This document shows, piece by piece, positions 46,329 to 57,602 of a stretch of DNA of 64,000 nt; position 1 is the first letter of the stretch, and the number at the start of each line of letters is the position of its first letter. A model generated the notes under the pieces. The model saw only the letters and a program-made list of their open reading frames with translations, made no database searches and had not been told where the DNA came from. Both the position numbers and the translations under genes were made by a program. The DNA lies in assembly GCA_024684035.1 (NCBI GenBank), contig JAIKXQ010000059.1, positions 12,232-76,231 of the forward strand, read 5' to 3'. Source of the stretch: Eubacterium sp. GTDB taxonomy: Bacteria; Bacillota; Clostridia; Lachnospirales; Lachnospiraceae.

Positions 46329-48115
46329 ACGAAACGAAAACTTTAACTGCAGAAAATAATAAGAAGCAGACGTTGAAACGGATCCTGGCATATATCCGCC
46401 CCTATAGTCCACTGGTGATCTGCTCTCTCCTTCTGGCTGTCGTATCTGTAGTTCTTCAGCTTCTGATTCCGATTCTGATCGGCGAAGGCGTGGACCAGAT
46501 GGTGGCCGGGGAATCCGTGAATACGGAGGCTCTTTTACAAATCCTCACAAAGATTCTCATCTGTATCGGGGCAACCGCAGCTGCCCAGTGGCTGATGAAC
46601 CATATGAACAATGTGATCACCTACCGGGTGGTTCGTGACCTGAGGACCAGGGCTTTTAATCACGTTCATGTACTCCCGCTCTCCTATCTGGATGTGAACT
46701 CCTCCGGCGATACCTTAAGCAGGCTGATCACCGATGTGGAGCAGTTTTCCGACGGCCTTCTCCTTGGTTTTACCCAGCTGTTTACGGGAGTGATCACCAT
46801 CGTCGGCACCATCGTGTTCATGCTTACCCTGCAGCCGGTAATTACCGTGATTGTCGTACTCTTTACCCCCCTGTCTTTCAGGGTGGCAAAACTGATCTCC
46901 GACAAGTCCTACCGCTATTTTAAAAATCAGTCCGAGGCCAGAGGCAAGGTTACCGATCTCACAAATGAGATGCTGGGCAATCTGAAAATCGTACAGTCCT
47001 TCGGCCGGGAACATGCAGTAATGGAGGAATTTGAAAAGAGAAACCGGGTTCTGGGAGAAAACAGTTTGAAGGCAACCTTCATCTCTTCTCTCACCAATCC
47101 GTCCACCCGTTTCGTAAATACTCTGATTTACAACGGCGTTGTTTTTGCCGGTTGTCTTCTCTGCTTCCTCACGCCCTTCGGTATGCAGGCGATGAGTATC
47201 GGTAAGCTCACAAGTTTTCTCTCCTATGTGAAACAATACAGCCAGCCCTTCAATGACATCACGGCGGTGATCACAGAGTTTCAGAATGCGCTGGCCTCTG
47301 CAGCCCGTGTCTTTGAGATCCTCGATGAAACACAGGAGACTGCGGACGACGCAGATGCCATCACCGTGGATCACGCAGAGGGGCGTGTAAACTTAAGCGA
47401 CGTATCCTTCTCCTACCTCCCGGATAAACCCCTGATCGAACATCTCAACGTAGATGTAACCGCAGGAAAACGCATCGCCATCGTGGGGCCTACCGGTTGC
47501 GGAAAGACGACATTGATCAATCTTCTCATGCGCTTCTACGACGTAAATGAAGGTTCGATCGCAGTCGACGGAACGGATATCCGTCATTACCGCAGAAGCA
47601 GCCTCCGCTCGAATTTCGGAATGGTTCTGCAGGACACCTGGCTGAAGGCCGGTACCGTCCGTGAGAACATCGCCTACGGACATCCGAAGGCGAGTATGGA
47701 TGAAGTCCGGGCTGCGGCAAAAAAAGCCCATGCAGACGGCTTTATCCGTCGCATGCCGCATGGCTATGACACGGTCATTGAGGAAAATGGAGGTAATCTC
47801 TCCGCCGGCCAGAAACAGCTACTCTGCATCGCCAGAGTAATGCTGTCCCTTCCACCGATTCTGATCCTGGACGAGGCTACCTCATCCATCGATACCAGAA
47901 CCGAGCACTATATTCAGAGAGCTTTTGATGAGATGATGAAGGGAAGAACAAGCTTTGTGGTGGCTCACAGGCTTTCCACGATCAGAGATGCGGATGAGAT
48001 CCTCGTCATGAAAGACGGACATATCATCGAGCAGGGAGATCACGAGACGCTCCTCGCGAAGAAGGGATTCTACAGCAGGTTGTACCACGCGCAGTTCGAG
48101 AAGACGGCGTCATAA
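46325..48115 (+). CDS. ABC exporter, fused permease/ATPase (heterodimer subunit 2)
   Basis: GPTGCGKT, LSAGQKQLL, LILDEATSSID, AHRLST; 4-bp overlap with the partner. Confidence 0.93.
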   Translation: MNETKTLTAENNKKQTLKRILAYIRPYSPLVICSLLLAVVSVVLQLLIPILIGEGVDQMVAGESVNTEALLQILTKILICIGATAAAQWLMNHMNNVITYRVVRDLRTRAFNHVHVLPLSYLDVNSSGDTLSRLITDVEQFSDGLLLGFTQLFTGVITIVGTIVFMLTLQPVITVIVVLFTPLSFRVAKLISDKSYRYFKNQSEARGKVTDLTNEMLGNLKIVQSFGREHAVMEEFEKRNRVLGENSLKATFISSLTNPSTRFVNTLIYNGVVFAGCLLCFLTPFGMQAMSIGKLTSFLSYVKQYSQPFNDITAVITEFQNALASAARVFEILDETQETADDADAITVDHAEGRVNLSDVSFSYLPDKPLIEHLNVDVTAGKRIAIVGPTGCGKTTLINLLMRFYDVNEGSIAVDGTDIRHYRRSSLRSNFGMVLQDTWLKAGTVRENIAYGHPKASMDEVRAAAKKAHADGFIRRMPHGYDTVIEENGGNLSAGQKQLLCIARVMLSLPPILILDEATSSIDTRTEHYIQRAFDEMMKGRTSFVVAHRLSTIRDADEILVMKDGHIIEQGDHETLLAKKGFYSRLYHAQFEKTAS

Positions 48116-48153
48116 AAATGCTTCAGACACTTTTTCTGTGATAGGATCGCGGA

Positions 48154-48205
48154 AGTGGGCAAAGCATACTTGCTCACACGTCGCTCTCGTCCTCAGCGCT
48201 CCGCC
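48154..48205 (-). repeat. Family 1 copy C (half element)
   Basis: AAAGCATAC..CTCACACGTCGCTCTCGTCCTCAGCGCTCCGCC matches one end of copies A and B. Confidence 0.75.
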
Positions 48206-48246
48206 ATTAAAAGAATATTTCGTATCATAAGTAACACATATCGAAT

Positions 48247-48295
48247 AAAAAAAAAGAAACCGGCCAGTGCCTCGCGGCAACAGACCGGTTTCTTT
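48247..48295. terminator. Bidirectional terminator between the ABC pair and the tRNA
   Basis: AAAGAAACCGG...CCGGTTTCTTT flanked by A and T runs. Confidence 0.75.
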
Positions 48296-48301
48296 ATCTT
48301 A

Positions 48302-48376
48302 TCGGGGCAACAAGATTTGAACTTGCGACCTCACACTCCCTAAGCGTGCGCTCTAGCCAAACTGAGCCATGCCCCG
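48302..48376 (-). tRNA. tRNA-Pro, anticodon AGG, CCA not encoded
   Basis: Cloverleaf CGGGGCA-TG-GCTC-AGTTTGGCTA-GAGC-G-CACGC-TTAGGGA-GTGTG-AGGTC-GCAAG-TTCAAAT-CTTGT-TGCCCCG-A; C1:G72 and A73 Pro identity elements. Confidence 0.93.
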
Positions 48377-48523
48377 ATGACCTCTGTTTCTTTCGGAACA
48401 GAACAGTGATTAATATACACTGTTCTGTCGAAATAGTCAATCACTTTTTTGAAATTTCTTCAAGAAAAATTCAAACATCTGAATGCAGTGAATTCATCGC
48501 GCGTTCGATGGTCAGCTCGGGTC

Positions 48524-49012
48524 TCACTGCTCTTCGTTGATGTAGTTTACCAGTCCGCCGGCGTGGATCAGGTTCTGCATGAAGGGCGGGAATGCCTGTC
48601 CCTGGAATTTCTGACCGGTGGTTACATCTGTGATAAGACCGGAATCAAAATCGATGGAGACCTCATCTCCTGCGTTGATTGCCTTTGCTGCTTCCGGACA
48701 CTCAATGATCGGAAGGCCGATGTTGATGGCGTTCCGGTAGAAAATCCGGGCAAAGGTCTCTGCGATGACGCAGCTCACGCCGGATGCCTTGATGGAAATC
48801 GGGGCATGCTCACGGGAGGAGCCGCAGCCAAAGTTTTTGTTTGCCACGATAATATCGCCGGCCTGTACTTTTTTCGCAAAGGACTTGTCGATATCCTCCA
48901 TGCAGTGTGTGGCCAGCTCCGCCGGATCTGAGGAGTTCAGATAACGGGCCGGAATGATTACGTCAGTATCTACGTTGTCACCATATTTGAAAACTGTTCC
49001 TTTTGCCTGCAT
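48524..49012 (-). CDS. leuD: 3-isopropylmalate dehydratase small subunit
   Basis: [39 protein letters not shown]. Confidence 0.94.
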   Translation of the reverse strand: MQAKGTVFKYGDNVDTDVIIPARYLNSSDPAELATHCMEDIDKSFAKKVQAGDIIVANKNFGCGSSREHAPISIKASGVSCVIAETFARIFYRNAINIGLPIIECPEAAKAINAGDEVSIDFDSGLITDVTTGQKFQGQAFPPFMQNLIHAGGLVNYINEEQ

Positions 49013-49024
49013 AGTATTCCCTCC

Positions 49025-50290
49025 TTACAGTCCAAGCTCTGACGGATCACTGATGTGTCCGGTTACGGCACTTGCAGCGGCAACTGCCGGGCTTGCAAGG
49101 TAAACTTCAGAATTGATATGTCCCATACGGCCTACGAAGTTACGGTTGGTTGTGGAGATACATCTCTCTCCGTCCGCAAGGATACCCATGTATCCTCCAA
49201 GGCAGGGTCCGCAGGTCGGAGTGCTGACTACAGCGCCGGCCTCGATAAAGATCTCAAGAAGTCCCTCGCGCAGTGCCTGAAGATAGATTTTCTGTGTGGC
49301 GGGAATGATGATACAGCGAACGTCATTGGCCACTTTCCGTCCCTTGAGAATTTCTGCAGCCTCACGAAGATCCTGAATTCTTCCGTTTGTACAGGATCCG
49401 ATGACACTCTGATCTACCTTTACCTCATCGAAGGATCCGATGGTCTTTGTGTTCTCTGGAAGATGCGGGAAGGAAACGGTGGACTTCAGTGTGGAGAGAT
49501 CAATCTCGATGGTTCTCTCATACTCTGCATCCGCATCTGCCTCATAGACGGTGTAGGGTTTTGTGGAGTGCTCTTTCATGTACGCTACGGTCACATCATC
49601 TACCGGGAAGATTCCGTTCTTTCCACCTGCCTCAATGGCCATGTTGGCGATGGTCAGACGATCATCCATGGAAAGATCTGCGACGCCTTCTCCTGTGAAC
49701 TCCAGAGATTTGTAAAGGGCACCATCCACACCGATCTCACCGATGAGGTGCAGGATCACGTCTTTACCGCTCACCCATTTATTCTTTTTTCCTTTCAGGA
49801 CTACTTTGATGGCGGAAGGAACCTTGAACCACGCTTTTCCGGTTGCCATTCCGGCTGCCATATCTGTACTTCCTACGCCGGTGGAGAAAGCGCCCAGAGC
49901 GCCGTAGGTACAGGTGTGGGAATCCGCACCGATCACCACATCACCGGCAACCACGAGTCCTCTCTCGGGGAGCAGTGCATGCTCGATACCCATCTCTCCT
50001 ACATCAAAGTAATTGGTAATGTCGTATTTTTTCGAGAACTCTCTTACCTGTTTGCAGTGTTCCGCAGACTTGATATCCTTATTCGGAATAAAGTGATCCA
50101 TAACAAGGGCAATCTTATCCTTGTCAAAGACCTGCTGTTTCTGAAATCCATCCATAACATCGATCGCCACCGGTGTTGTGATGTCATTTCCGAGAACAAG
50201 ATCCAGATTCGCCTCGATGAGCTGTCCGGCCTCGACGTGATCGAGTCCCGCAGCATGGGCAAGAATCTTCTGTGTCATTGTCATTCCCAT
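49025..50290 (-). CDS. leuC: 3-isopropylmalate dehydratase large subunit
   Basis: [36 protein letters not shown]. Confidence 0.94.
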   Translation of the reverse strand: MGMTMTQKILAHAAGLDHVEAGQLIEANLDLVLGNDITTPVAIDVMDGFQKQQVFDKDKIALVMDHFIPNKDIKSAEHCKQVREFSKKYDITNYFDVGEMGIEHALLPERGLVVAGDVVIGADSHTCTYGALGAFSTGVGSTDMAAGMATGKAWFKVPSAIKVVLKGKKNKWVSGKDVILHLIGEIGVDGALYKSLEFTGEGVADLSMDDRLTIANMAIEAGGKNGIFPVDDVTVAYMKEHSTKPYTVYEADADAEYERTIEIDLSTLKSTVSFPHLPENTKTIGSFDEVKVDQSVIGSCTNGRIQDLREAAEILKGRKVANDVRCIIIPATQKIYLQALREGLLEIFIEAGAVVSTPTCGPCLGGYMGILADGERCISTTNRNFVGRMGHINSEVYLASPAVAAASAVTGHISDPSELGL

Positions 50291-50386
50291 CTCACATAAC
50301 CTCCTGTTGCAGTATAGTTGATTTTATTACAATATTTCATAACATATTGCATTAGAAAATGCAAAGAAATCTCACAATCCATCTGT

Positions 50387-50412
50387 ATGGAAAAGGCGAA
50401 GCAATTTCCTAT
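50387..50412 (-). repeat. REP-like hairpin core, family 3 copy 3
   Basis: Reverse complement ATAGGAAATTGCTTCGCCTTTTCCAT. Confidence 0.65.
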
Positions 50413-50422
50413 AAAAGTACAC

Positions 50423-50449
50423 AAAATCCCGGGAATTTCTTCCCGGGAT
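50423..50449 (-). terminator. Terminator after ilvC
   Basis: ATCCCGGGAA-GAAA-TTCCCGGGAT followed by TTT. Confidence 0.8.
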
Positions 50450-50482
50450 CAGAAAAGTCAAAACGTATTTGAAACCGGCTGA

Positions 50483-51532
<1,050 letters not shown>

Positions 51533-51628
51533 TTACAGCGATATGCTGATTTATGTTAAAGAGCAAAGTGCTCTTTAGCTGTCATTGGTTTTTGCTTTCC
51601 CCGTTGTTTTTCTGGTTCCGGAATGGTC

Positions 51629-52129
51629 TTACTCGAAGTATCTTACGTCTTCCATTCCTCTTGAGAGGGCTGTAATTCCCGTACGTGCAAGTTCCAGTAC
51701 TTCATACTGGTTCAGAAGCTCAAGGAAGGCATCAAGCTTGCTCTGGGTACCTGTGAGCTCGATGATCATGGAATCGCATCCCACATCAACGATCTTCGCA
51801 CGGAAGATATTGGTGATTGCAAGAACATTGTCCCGCTGGTTTGCGTCCACTTTGATCTTCAGAAGAATCAGTTCACGGATGACACTGCTGTTCTCTTTCA
51901 AAACCTTGACGTCTCTGACATCGACCTGTTTTTTAACCTGATTCGTGATCTGCTCAAGAACAAGTTCATCTCCGCTGGTTACAATTGTGATTCTGGTAAA
52001 TCGTGGATTGGCGGTAACTCCTGCTGTAATGCTGTCGATGTTGTAGCCTCTTCTGGAGAAAAGACCCGCAAGTCGTGTGAGCACACCCGCTGTGTTGTCC
52101 ACGAGAATAGATAAAATTCTTTGCTTCAT
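51629..52129 (-). CDS. ilvN: Acetolactate synthase small subunit
   Basis: ILVDNTAGVL.R..GLFSRRGYNIDS, RELILLK, ELARTG. Confidence 0.94.
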   Translation of the reverse strand: MKQRILSILVDNTAGVLTRLAGLFSRRGYNIDSITAGVTANPRFTRITIVTSGDELVLEQITNQVKKQVDVRDVKVLKENSSVIRELILLKIKVDANQRDNVLAITNIFRAKIVDVGCDSMIIELTGTQSKLDAFLELLNQYEVLELARTGITALSRGMEDVRYFE

Positions 52130-52177
52130 TTGATTTTCGTCCTTAAATGTTTAGCTCAATTCATCAAACTGCTTGTT

Positions 52178-52206
52178 ATTCTACACTGTAAAATTTTGTT
52201 TGTCAA
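52178..52206 (-). promoter_or_regulatory. Sigma-A promoter of ilvN-ilvC
   Basis: TTGACA-N17-TAGAAT with extended TG. Confidence 0.7.
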
Positions 52207-52311
52207 CAGCATGAATAAAATTCATCACATAAGTGATTAAGTTTAATTATTGTGTTCAAATTTATTCATGATCACACGAAACTACGCCTGCAGCGATCCT
52301 TTTTTAATCTC

Positions 52312-52337
52312 ATAGGAAATTGCTTCGCATTCCCTAT
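52312..52337 (+). repeat. REP-like hairpin core, family 3 copy 4 (outer stem 52308-52341)
   Basis: ATAGGAAATTGCTTCGCATTCCCTAT. Confidence 0.75.
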
Positions 52338-52444
52338 GAGACAAAACGCTTGCGCGCCAAAGTCCTGATAAAAATGCTTTTGCAACACAGAAAAACTCCG
52401 TGCCACAGTTCAAATCTGAACCATAGCACGGAGTCGTGTCATTC

Positions 52445-54583
52445 TTACTCATTTACAGGTTCTGCCGGGATGAAGACCCGTTTGTCCTCTGCTTCTTCTT
52501 TTTCTTTTGCTTTTTTCTGAGCATATTCACAGAAATAATCCTGAGCGCATATTCTCATGTCGCTTTGCGGCGGAAGTTTGATATAAGAGCCGTCACTCTG
52601 CAGAGTTCTTGCCTTGATGTTGTCCGAAAGCTGGATCTGCAGAATCCGGATTGCCTCATCTTTGCAATGCTGGTCTGTCAGCGGGAAGACGATTTCCACG
52701 CGCTTGTCCAGATTTCTTGGCATCCAGTCTGCACTTCCCATGTATACTTCTTCTGCTCCATTGGCATAGAAATAGAAAATTCTCGCATGCTCCAGGAAGT
52801 TTCCGACCAGAGAACGCACAGTAATGTTGTCGCTGATTCCCGGAATTCCGGTCTTCAGACAACAGATTCCGCGGACGATCAATGAGATTTTTACGCCGGC
52901 AGCGCTGGCCTTGTACAGGGCCGCAATAATCTCTCTGTCACAGAGGGAATTCATTTTCGCTACGATCAGAGCTTTTCTTCCTTCTTCCGCGTGTTTCTGC
53001 TCCATACGGATCAGATGCAGAAAGCGCTCGCGCATCCAGATCGGCGCCACCAGAAGACTGTTCCAGCGATCCGGCTCGGAGTATCCGGAGATCATATTGA
53101 AGGCGGCAGACGCATCCTCTCCGATTCTTTCATCACAGGTTAGAATTCCGCAGTCTGTGTAGAGTTTTGCCGTAGAATCGTTGTAATTGCCGGTTCCGAG
53201 GTGGACATAGCGCCGGATTCCATCCTCCTCCTTGCGGACCACGAGTGTAATCTTGCTGTGAGTCTTCAGACCCACAAGACCATAGATGACATGACAGCCG
53301 GCTTTTTCCAGTTTCTGAGCCCATACAATGTTGTTTTCCTCATCAAAGCGGGCTTTCAGCTCAACCAGAGCCGTCACCTGTTTGCCGTTTTCTGCGGCCT
53401 GCGCGAGGGCTGCGATAATGGGCGAATTTCCGCTGACACGGTAGAGAGTCTGCTTGATGGCCAGTACATTGGGATCTGTCGCGGCAGTCCGCACAAAATC
53501 CACCACAGGAGAAAAACTCATGTAGGGATGATGGAGAAAAATATCACCCTTCCGGATATTCGCAAAAATATCGTCGTCATTCTGAAGTTCCGGCACCTCC
53601 GCCGGTGTATAGGAAGGCTCCTTGTAATCGTCAAAGCCCTTTGTACCGTAGAGCTTCATGAGGAACGTGAGATCCAGTGGGCCGTTGATATAGAAGATAT
53701 CATCCTCCCTGACATAGAATTCTTCCTTGAGAATACGAAGAAGTTCCGATTCAATACCTTCCTCGACTTCGAGACGGATGACTTCTCCCCACTGACGTTT
53801 CCGCAGAGACTTCTGAATTTCAACCAGGAGATCCGCTGCCTCTTCCTCGTCAATGCCCAGTTCGGCATTTCGCATGATTCGGTAGGGATGCGCGCATACC
53901 ACCTCGTATCCGAGAAAGAGTTTCTCCAGATTTCTCTCGATGATCTCATCCATGAGAATCATCGAAGTAATCCCCTCTTCTGTTTCCGGCAGTTCTATAA
54001 ATCGCGGAAGTACAGAGGGAACCTGCACAGTGGCGAAGGAAGTGCGCTGATCGTCGCTTCCTTTTTTCTTAATAAGAGCGCCGATGTTCAGTGACTTGTT
54101 GCGAATCAGAGGGAAGGGTCTCGAGGAATCCATGGCCATTGGTGTCAGTACCGGATAGACATTGGAATCAAAGTAGGCGTCGATGTAGGACTTCTGAGCG
54201 TCAGACAGCTCCTCGTGACACTTATAAATCCGAAGGCCTGCAACGGCAAGAGCAGGAATCAGAGAATCCCGGAAGGTTTTGTACTGATCCGCCACGAGTT
54301 TGTGATTCGCCTCAGAAATGGCAGCAAGCTGCTCCTTGGGAGTCATCCCGGCGATATCTCTCTTGGCGTAGCCGGTGTGCACCTGATCCTTGAGAGAGGC
54401 GACACGAACCATATAGAATTCGTCAAGGTTTGAGGAAGTAATACTCAGAAATTTCATCCTCTCAAAGAGCGGAATCGTGGTATCCTGAGCCTCCTCAAGG
54501 ATCCTCTCGTCAAAACGGATCCACGAAAGCTCTCTGTTCCAGAAATACTCAGGTTTTTCAAAAGCGGTGTAAACATCCTTCAT
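52445..54583 (-). CDS. ppk1: Polyphosphate kinase 1
   Basis: NRELSW..F..RIL, SNLDEFYMVRVA, LHHPY, IKQTLYR, ELKARFDE, KTHSK, SADWMPRN; start at 54583 behind CAGGAG. Confidence 0.96.
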   Translation of the reverse strand: MKDVYTAFEKPEYFWNRELSWIRFDERILEEAQDTTIPLFERMKFLSITSSNLDEFYMVRVASLKDQVHTGYAKRDIAGMTPKEQLAAISEANHKLVADQYKTFRDSLIPALAVAGLRIYKCHEELSDAQKSYIDAYFDSNVYPVLTPMAMDSSRPFPLIRNKSLNIGALIKKKGSDDQRTSFATVQVPSVLPRFIELPETEEGITSMILMDEIIERNLEKLFLGYEVVCAHPYRIMRNAELGIDEEEAADLLVEIQKSLRKRQWGEVIRLEVEEGIESELLRILKEEFYVREDDIFYINGPLDLTFLMKLYGTKGFDDYKEPSYTPAEVPELQNDDDIFANIRKGDIFLHHPYMSFSPVVDFVRTAATDPNVLAIKQTLYRVSGNSPIIAALAQAAENGKQVTALVELKARFDEENNIVWAQKLEKAGCHVIYGLVGLKTHSKITLVVRKEEDGIRRYVHLGTGNYNDSTAKLYTDCGILTCDERIGEDASAAFNMISGYSEPDRWNSLLVAPIWMRERFLHLIRMEQKHAEEGRKALIVAKMNSLCDREIIAALYKASAAGVKISLIVRGICCLKTGIPGISDNITVRSLVGNFLEHARIFYFYANGAEEVYMGSADWMPRNLDKRVEIVFPLTDQHCKDEAIRILQIQLSDNIKARTLQSDGSYIKLPPQSDMRICAQDYFCEYAQKKAKEKEEAEDKRVFIPAEPVNE

Positions 54584-54695
54584 ATATTTACTCTCCTGTA
54601 TCCAAGGCATGGGTTGACGGAAGAATTTCTTTGTTAAATCCACAGACAGCCGAAAGTGATCTCACGCTCCCGGACAGAACCTGCACATCCTGTAT

Positions 54696-56246
54696 TTATG
54701 CGATGCGTTTAGCGATGATGATGGGCTGTACACCGAAGACTTCGGTAAAAAATGCCGCTTCTTCGTCGATCAGACCTGTCTCAAGGGAAAAATCCTCGCG
54801 GATTTCCAGTTTGATCTGGAGTTTATCATCCTTGAGACGACAATCAATCTTCCGCACTTTCTGCAGATGGCTTCGATCCAGCGCGTTGGACAGACGGATG
54901 ATAGCTGTAAAAGCAGCCGTCTTCAGGTAGCGCAGACGGTCGAGACTGCTCTCCAGAACTATTTTTTCATACTCCGGCAGCGGATCAGCCATATATCTGG
55001 CTGCAACGGCAATAATCTCCCTCTCCGTGTGGGAAAGACCGATGATCTCATTGGCCATGATAATGTTGTAGCTGCTCTCACCGATGAGATTGTAGCTGAT
55101 GTATTTTCCCACATCGTGAAGCATGACAGCAACCCGAAGCATGAGCCTCTCTTTCTCATCCATGCCATGCAGTGGTTTCATCGCGTCAAAAATGGCTGTA
55201 GCCGTCATATCCATATTCAGGGTATGCGGTTTGCTTACATCGTATCTCTTTGCCAGATATCTGGCTGAAGTGACGATATCATTGCCAAAGTCATGTCTTG
55301 CTTTCAGCAGATGCATTTTTTCCGCATACTCATATGCCAGTCCTCTGGACAGATGGGTGCCGGGCATCCAGATCTGGGAGGCATCCATCTCTTCCACAAT
55401 CCGGTGAAAGATGATGGCTGAAGGTCTGAGCAGAGAGGCGTACTCCACCGGGATCCGGTTCTCAATGGCCAGATCCGTCACAGATTTACCGACAATCCGC
55501 TGATACCACTTTCCGAAATCAGTTCTGCTGACCATTCGGGTGGACCGGTCTCTGTGTTTGGGATCCTTGAAGATCAGTTCTGTGATAAAGTCTCCGTTCA
55601 GAATCACATTCTCAATCTTCCGGTCTTTGAGATACATCTTTTTGAAGCTGGGGAGATCGTGATGGATCAACTGCTCTACCAGTTCATCGAAGTTGCTGGT
55701 CTTTGCCATGGCATCCTGCAGCCGCTCGCGGATACGAAGACTTCCCATCCGGAGATTCTGAGTGGTGATCAGTTCAGACTTGTCGAAAAGAGAAAGCTGA
55801 ATACTGCCTCCATCCAGATCCACAACGGCAGTTCCCTTCCGGATCATCTCTTCAAAAAGAGAGGATTCCACAGATGCAATGGCCTTGTAGCTGAGGAAAC
55901 GCTGCTCGGAATTCGAAAGAATACGGACATCCAGTCCTGTGGTCTGCCGGATTTTTCCGAGTATGAAGAGATCATTCTGTGCCTCCCGGAGAGCACTGGT
56001 GGCAATCACACTGTAGGCATCTACCCTGTATCCCTTCATGATCTTGCGAAAATCCGACAGTACGGAGCAAAGTTCGTCCACCATGTCCGGTGGAATCTTC
56101 CCGTCCGTGAAAGAACCACGTCCCAGTTCTAGGCGGTGACGGATCTTATCGATACAGTGAATGCCGTTCTTTTTTGATATTTCAAAGACTTCAAGAGTTA
56201 CGTCATAGCTGCCGATATCGACGGCAGCAAAGGTTGTCACAGCCAT
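54696..56246 (-). CDS. ppx: Ppx/GppA family exopolyphosphatase with HD domain
   Basis: AAVDIGS, ATSALREA, DLDGGSIQ, LHDVG; adjacent to ppk1. Confidence 0.85.
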   Translation of the reverse strand: MAVTTFAAVDIGSYDVTLEVFEISKKNGIHCIDKIRHRLELGRGSFTDGKIPPDMVDELCSVLSDFRKIMKGYRVDAYSVIATSALREAQNDLFILGKIRQTTGLDVRILSNSEQRFLSYKAIASVESSLFEEMIRKGTAVVDLDGGSIQLSLFDKSELITTQNLRMGSLRIRERLQDAMAKTSNFDELVEQLIHHDLPSFKKMYLKDRKIENVILNGDFITELIFKDPKHRDRSTRMVSRTDFGKWYQRIVGKSVTDLAIENRIPVEYASLLRPSAIIFHRIVEEMDASQIWMPGTHLSRGLAYEYAEKMHLLKARHDFGNDIVTSARYLAKRYDVSKPHTLNMDMTATAIFDAMKPLHGMDEKERLMLRVAVMLHDVGKYISYNLIGESSYNIIMANEIIGLSHTEREIIAVAARYMADPLPEYEKIVLESSLDRLRYLKTAAFTAIIRLSNALDRSHLQKVRKIDCRLKDDKLQIKLEIREDFSLETGLIDEEAAFFTEVFGVQPIIIAKRIA

Positions 56247-56345
56247 GAAAGAAACCTCCTTGCTGCTATTGATGTATTTCCGACAGGTCCGGTACAAAAC
56301 AGGACACAAACAGTTTCAGAAAAAAATCCTTAAAGAAACAGGAAA

Positions 56346-57476
56346 TCAGTAATTACCGAGAAGACGGAATTCACTGGCCTCAGCTTCAATTCCGCGCAGT
56401 GCGTTCCGGACAGACGGAGAATTCAGATTCCCTTCAAAGTCGATGAAGAATCGATAAGTGAAGGGTTTCTCAGGAATCGGTCTGGACTCGATTTTCAGCA
56501 TATTCAGCCCGTTGAAAATAATATTCGAGAGCATACTGTAAAGGGTACCTGCAGCGTGAGGCAAACCGAAACAGATACTGATCTTCTGGGCATTGCGGAC
56601 AAAACACCGGTTGTGGGAAACAATGATGAAGCGTGTAGAGTTCTTTTCTTTTGAAAGTCCGTCCCCTTTCAGAATCTCAAGTCCGAAGTATTCGGCAGCA
56701 GACCGGCTTGCAATGGCAGCCTGATTGCGCAGTCCTTCCCGGGCTACTTTCTCAGCAGCCATCGCTGTATTCAACACATTTCTCTGTTTCCACTGCGGAT
56801 ATCCGGAGAGGAAATCCTTACACTGGGCAAGTCCCTGGGGATGGGAATAGACCACATCAATGTCTTCCAGGGAAGTACCCGGCAACGCCATAAGCATGTG
56901 ATCAATCTTGATGATCTGCTCTCCCACGATGTAGTTGTTGTACTGCAGGAGAAGATCATAAATATCAGAGACAATACCTGCTGTGGAATTCTCAATGGGA
57001 AGAACCGCAAAATCCGCCTCCCCGTTGGTGACAAGTTCCATGGCTTCTTTCCATGTAGGTACATGGATCGGATGAATTGAATCGTCAAAGAAGGTCTTCA
57101 TCGCTTCAAAGCTGTATGCTCCTTCCACCCCCTGAAAAACAACTCTGGCATTGTCAAAATAAAGCCGATCCATCTGGGCGTAATCCATAGGAAGGGTGAT
57201 CCCGTTCTCCGTCAGAAGCTGATACTGACGTTTGCGACTGATCGACATCAACTGTTCGAAGATCTCCTCAACGCCCCGGCGGTTGAAGCCGGTGTGAGCC
57301 ATCGCGGATACAGACGCGATCTTCTCCCTTTCTCTCTTTGCGTCAAATACAGCCTTTCCGCTTCGGATTTTGTACTCGGCAATCCCCTGTACCAGCTGCA
57401 TTCTCTTCTCAAACAATTCCACGATCTGCCGGTCTGTCACGTCAATCTGCTCTCTGCACTTCTCAAGCTCTGTCAT
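56346..57476 (-). CDS. pheA: Chorismate mutase / prephenate dehydratase
   Basis: N-terminal CM domain, FQGVEGAYS, PIENST, SHPQGLAQC, TRF, KIESRP. Confidence 0.94.
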   Translation of the reverse strand: MTELEKCREQIDVTDRQIVELFEKRMQLVQGIAEYKIRSGKAVFDAKREREKIASVSAMAHTGFNRRGVEEIFEQLMSISRKRQYQLLTENGITLPMDYAQMDRLYFDNARVVFQGVEGAYSFEAMKTFFDDSIHPIHVPTWKEAMELVTNGEADFAVLPIENSTAGIVSDIYDLLLQYNNYIVGEQIIKIDHMLMALPGTSLEDIDVVYSHPQGLAQCKDFLSGYPQWKQRNVLNTAMAAEKVAREGLRNQAAIASRSAAEYFGLEILKGDGLSKEKNSTRFIIVSHNRCFVRNAQKISICFGLPHAAGTLYSMLSNIIFNGLNMLKIESRPIPEKPFTYRFFIDFEGNLNSPSVRNALRGIEAEASEFRLLGNY

Positions 57477-57571
57477 TTCTACTCCTTAATTTCACGGACG
57501 AAACTGTCCGCCGGTTCGTTATTTCACAGTGTATTCTTAATCGTTAATTATAACAAAAACTCCAGCACATG

Positions 57572-57597
57572 AAAAGGGAGTGCCGAGGCACTCCCTT
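57572..57597 (-). terminator. Terminator after the AAA+ gene
   Basis: AAGGGAGTGCC/GCACTCCCTT stem followed by TT on the - strand. Confidence 0.8.
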
Positions 57598-57602
57598 GGT
57601 TA

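Noticed and set aside
44420-48376. Genomic island integrated at the tRNA-Pro 3' end
   Set aside because: No duplicated att sequence and no integrase were found
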